A stretch of DNA of 64,000 nucleotides from an uncultured Thermoleophilia bacterium. GTDB lineage: Bacteria > Actinomycetota > Thermoleophilia > UBA2241. This document shows positions 60,945-64,000 of the stretch, piece by piece; within the stretch, counting starts at the first letter, position 1; each line of letters starts with the position of its first letter. Where the stretch lies: the NCBI GenBank assembly GCA_963715985.1, contig CAVQSP010000014.1, forward strand, positions 416,001 through 480,000, given 5' to 3'. Position numbers and translations under genes: made by a program. The notes beneath the pieces were generated by a model that made no database searches, was not told where the DNA came from, and saw only the letters and a program-made list of their open reading frames with translations.

Positions 60945-62215
60945 CGCGGCCGGCGGCCTGCCGGTGGCCGCGGTCCAGGACGCCGCGGCGCGGGCCGGCC
61001 TGCGCGCCGGCGACTGCATCGCGCGCATCGACGGCGAGGTGCCCGTGGACGTCCTCGACCTCGAGATGGCCGCCGCCGACGAGGTGTTCACCCTGACCGT
61101 GCTGCGCGACGGGCATCCGCTCGACGTTGCCGTCGCGCAGCGCCCCGGCGAGTGGCACGGCATCTCTCTGGGCCACGACGGCCTCGGCGACGAGCCGCGC
61201 GTGTGCCGCAACCGCTGCCGCTTCTGCTTCGTCGACCAGGTGCCGCCGGGCCTGCGCGCCGCCTTGTACGTGAAGGACGACGACTACCGCCTGTCGTTCC
61301 TGCACGGCAACTTCACCACGCTCACCAACCTGGCCGAGAGTGACGTGCGAGCGCATCCTCGCGCTGCGGCTCTCGCCGCTCTACGTGTCGCTGCACGCCT
61401 GGGACGACGCGGCGCGCGTGCGCCTCATGGGGCGCGCCGCGGCGGGCTCGCGGGAGACGCTCGAGCGGCTTGCCGCCGCCGGCCTCGAGCTCCACCTCCA
61501 GGTGGTGCTGTGCCCGGGCTGGAACGACGGCGACGTGCTCGCCGGCACCGTGGAGGGCGCCGCCTCGCTGGCCGCCGTCGCCGATCTCGGCATCGTGCCG
61601 GTGTCGCTGGCCGAGGAGGGCGACCTGCGGCGCGTGACCGGCGCCGACGCCGAGGCCGTGCTGGCCGCCGTCGAGGCCTGGCAGGAGCGCTTTCGCGCCG
61701 AGCGCGGCGCGGCCTTCGTGCACGCCGCCGACGAGTTCCACCTGCTCTGCGGACGCACGCCGCCGGCGAGCGACGCGCCCGACCAGTACGAGAACGGCAT
61801 CGGGATGTCGGCGCAGCTGCTGGAGGAGGCGGAGGACCTCGGGAGGGACGACGTGCCGGGCGGCCCGGCCGACCGGGCCGGAGCGGTGGCGCCGTGCGCC
61901 TGCTGACCGGCACGCTGGCGGCGCCGGTGGTGGCGCGCGCGGGCGACGCCCTCGGCGCGCGCCTCGGCGTAGCCGTGCGGCCGTTCCCCGTGGCGAACCG
62001 CCTGTTCGGCGACCACGTGACGGTGACGGGCCTTCTGGGGGGGCGCGAAGTGCTCGCGGCGCTCGGCGCCGACCCGCTCGCCGAAGGCGAATGGCTGGTC
62101 GCGCCGCGCGTGTTCGTGCCGGCGGACTCTCGGGCGCACGCTCGACGACGTCGGCGAGGACGACCTCGCGGCCGCCTGCGGCGGCCGCCTCATCCTCGCA
62201 ACGGTCCCTTCGTGA
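60934..62215 (+). CDS. PDZ + radical SAM protein (DUF512); several frameshifts, 3' end uncertain
   Basis: CRNRCRFCFVDQ, KDDDYRLSFL.GN, QVVLCPG.NDG, ADEF, QYENGIG, VTGLL; upstream of der. Confidence 0.85.
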
Positions 62216-62221
62216 CGCGTT

Positions 62222-62230
62222 TGCTAGACT
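62222..62230 (+). promoter_or_regulatory. Extended -10, leaderless der
   Basis: TGCTAGACT 6 nt before the ATG; no SD. Confidence 0.7.
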
Positions 62231-62236
62231 GTCCTG

Positions 62237-63544
62237 ATGGACCCTCTTCCCATCGTCGTCGTCGTCGGCTCACCGAACGCCGGCAAATCCACCTTGGTGA
62301 ACCGCCTCGCGGGCTCGCGCCAGGCTGTGGTCCACGAGACCCCCGGCGTGACCCGCGACCGCAAGGAGTTCGAGGTGGAGTGGGAGGGCCGCCTGTTCAC
62401 GATGGTGGACACCGGCGGCTACGACACCACCGAGGACGCCCCGTACGCCGTTCACATCCGCGAGCAGATCGAGCTGGCGGTGGCCACGGCCGACGTCGTG
62501 CTGTTCGTGGTCGACGGCCGTGCGGGTCCACTGGCCGACGACTTCGAGATCGCAGAGGTGCTGCGCCGCGCCAGGGTGCCAGTGGTGCTCGCCGCCAACA
62601 AGCTCGACGACCCGGCCGCGGTGAGCGCCGCTCAGGAACTGTACCAGCTTGGCCTCGGTGAGCCGCTGATCGTCTCGGCCACCCACGGGCTGGGGACGAG
62701 CGAGCTCCTGGACCGGCTGGTGGAGACGACCGGGGCCGAGCGCCCGGCCGAGGACCTGCCGGAGGCACCGGCGGAGATCCCCGTGGCCATCGTCGGCCGG
62801 CCCAACGCCGGCAAGTCGTCGCTGTTCAACGCCATCGTCGGCGAGCCGCGCACCATCGTCAGCGAGATCGCCGGCACCACCCGCGACGCCATCGACACGT
62901 GCGTCATCACGGAGGACGGTACCTTCCGCTTCATCGACACCGCCGGCATGCGCAAGGCCGCCAAGGTCAGCGGCGTGGAGTACTACTCCTACCTGCGCAG
63001 CGTGCAGAGCCTGGACCGCGCCCACGTGGCCATCATCGTCGTCGACGCCACCATGCGTTTCGGCGAGCTCGACCTCTCCATCTGCACGGAGGCGGCGCGC
63101 AACCACTGCGCCACGGTGATCGCCGTCAACAAGACGGACCTGGCCGAGGCGGACCTCGTGGAGATCGGCGGCATCGCGCGCCGCAAGCTGCGCCAGCGCC
63201 CCGAAGTCCTGGCCGTCTCCGCGGAGACGCATCGCGGCGTGGCTCAGCTTCTGTCCCTGGTCGCCTCCCTTGAGGCTCGCTTCGCCGCCCACATCCCCAC
63301 CGGCGAGCTCAACCGGGCGCTCGCCGCCCTGAGCACCGAGAGGGCCATGCCGCAGAAGCACGGCAAGCGCCTCAAGATGTACTACATCGCCCAGTTCGGC
63401 ACGTCGCCGCCGCGCTTCGCCATCGAGGTCAACGACCGGACCCTGGTCACGCGCGACTTCGGCTTCTTCGTGGAGAACCGCCTGCGCGCCCGGTTCGGCC
63501 TGGACGGCGTGCCCCTGGTCATCGACTTCAAGGGCAAGAAGTGA
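62237..63544 (+). CDS. der: Ribosome biogenesis GTPase Der
   Basis: Tandem G domains: GSPNAGKST/PGVTRD/DTGG/NKLD and GRPNAGKSS/GTTRD/DTAG/NKTD. Confidence 0.96.
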   Translation: MDPLPIVVVVGSPNAGKSTLVNRLAGSRQAVVHETPGVTRDRKEFEVEWEGRLFTMVDTGGYDTTEDAPYAVHIREQIELAVATADVVLFVVDGRAGPLADDFEIAEVLRRARVPVVLAANKLDDPAAVSAAQELYQLGLGEPLIVSATHGLGTSELLDRLVETTGAERPAEDLPEAPAEIPVAIVGRPNAGKSSLFNAIVGEPRTIVSEIAGTTRDAIDTCVITEDGTFRFIDTAGMRKAAKVSGVEYYSYLRSVQSLDRAHVAIIVVDATMRFGELDLSICTEAARNHCATVIAVNKTDLAEADLVEIGGIARRKLRQRPEVLAVSAETHRGVAQLLSLVASLEARFAAHIPTGELNRALAALSTERAMPQKHGKRLKMYYIAQFGTSPPRFAIEVNDRTLVTRDFGFFVENRLRARFGLDGVPLVIDFKGKK

Positions 63545-64000
63545 TGGTGGTGCTGGGCGTCATCGCCTTCGTCGTCCTGTTCGTGCTGGCGTACCTCTGC
63601 GGGTCGATCCCCTTCGGCCTCGTGGTGGGCAAGCTCTTCTACCACGTGGACGTACGCCAGTACGGCTCGGGGAACGTCGGCACCACCAACGTGTTCCGCG
63701 TGCTCGGCAAGAGGGCCGGCGTCGCTGTGCTCATCTGCGACATGCTCAAGGGGTACATCCCGGCGATCCTCGCCGTGTGGCTGTTCGGTCCCTGGCCGAC
63801 CATCTTCATCGCCGCCGCCCCGGTGGTGGGGCACATCTACTCCATCTTCCTGAAGGGAAAGGGCGGCAAGGGTATCGCCACGGGCGCGGCCGTCGTGCTC
63901 GCCCTCGTGCCGCTCGTGTTCGGCATCATCCTGCTGGTGTGGATCCTCCTGCTGCTCACCACGCGGTACGTCAGCGTGGCGTCGCTGGCCGCCTCGTTCC
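63544..64000 (+). CDS. plsY: Glycerol-3-phosphate acyltransferase (partial, runs off the window)
   Basis: YLCGSIPFG, DVRQYGSGNVGTTN, DMLKG, GH, GGKGIAT. Confidence 0.93.
   Translation, partial: MVVLGVIAFVVLFVLAYLCGSIPFGLVVGKLFYHVDVRQYGSGNVGTTNVFRVLGKRAGVAVLICDMLKGYIPAILAVWLFGPWPTIFIAAAPVVGHIYSIFLKGKGGKGIATGAAVVLALVPLVFGIILLVWILLLLTTRYVSVASLAASF

Overview
High-GC bacterial chromosomal segment, most consistent with a deep-branching actinomycete such as Thermoleophilia. The inference rests on actinobacterial-like proteins in a Clostridia-like gene order, with mreBCD, plsY, a single clpP and queA. Almost everything is on the + strand. The first ~5.6 kb is accessory: a secreted multi-domain surface protein flanked by two copies of a triple-hairpin element, a stand-alone B12-binding protein and a MacB/LolCDE-type ABC pair. 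The rest is a housekeeping block: tRNA-His, tRNA-Leu, tig-clpP-clpX-lon, valS-folC, ndk-maf-mreBCD-mrdA-rodA, a radical SAM pair, rne-rplU-rpmA-obgE, proBA, nadD-yqeK-LCP-rsfS, dinB, an EF-G paralogue, pdxST, yebC-ruvCAB, queH-queA-tgt-yajC, parA-ftsZ-scpAB-rluB, aroF-tyrA-cmk-plsC-ispH-DUF512-der-plsY. More than 20 genes, including essential ones, carry small indels that look like long-read assembly errors rather than pseudogenes. The best candidate for an undescribed system is an orphan Soj-like ParA overlapping a complete FtsZ that lies outside any dcw cluster and has a ~30-aa N-terminal extension resembling a ParA-partner peptide, at a locus whose mre operon lacks minCDE. Other notable signals are the duplicated structured RNA-like element, an apparent ATC start for mreB, a LexA box overlapping a leaderless dinB start codon, and an EF-G paralogue with degenerate GTPase motifs. 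All family calls are by eye from motifs; no searches were run.
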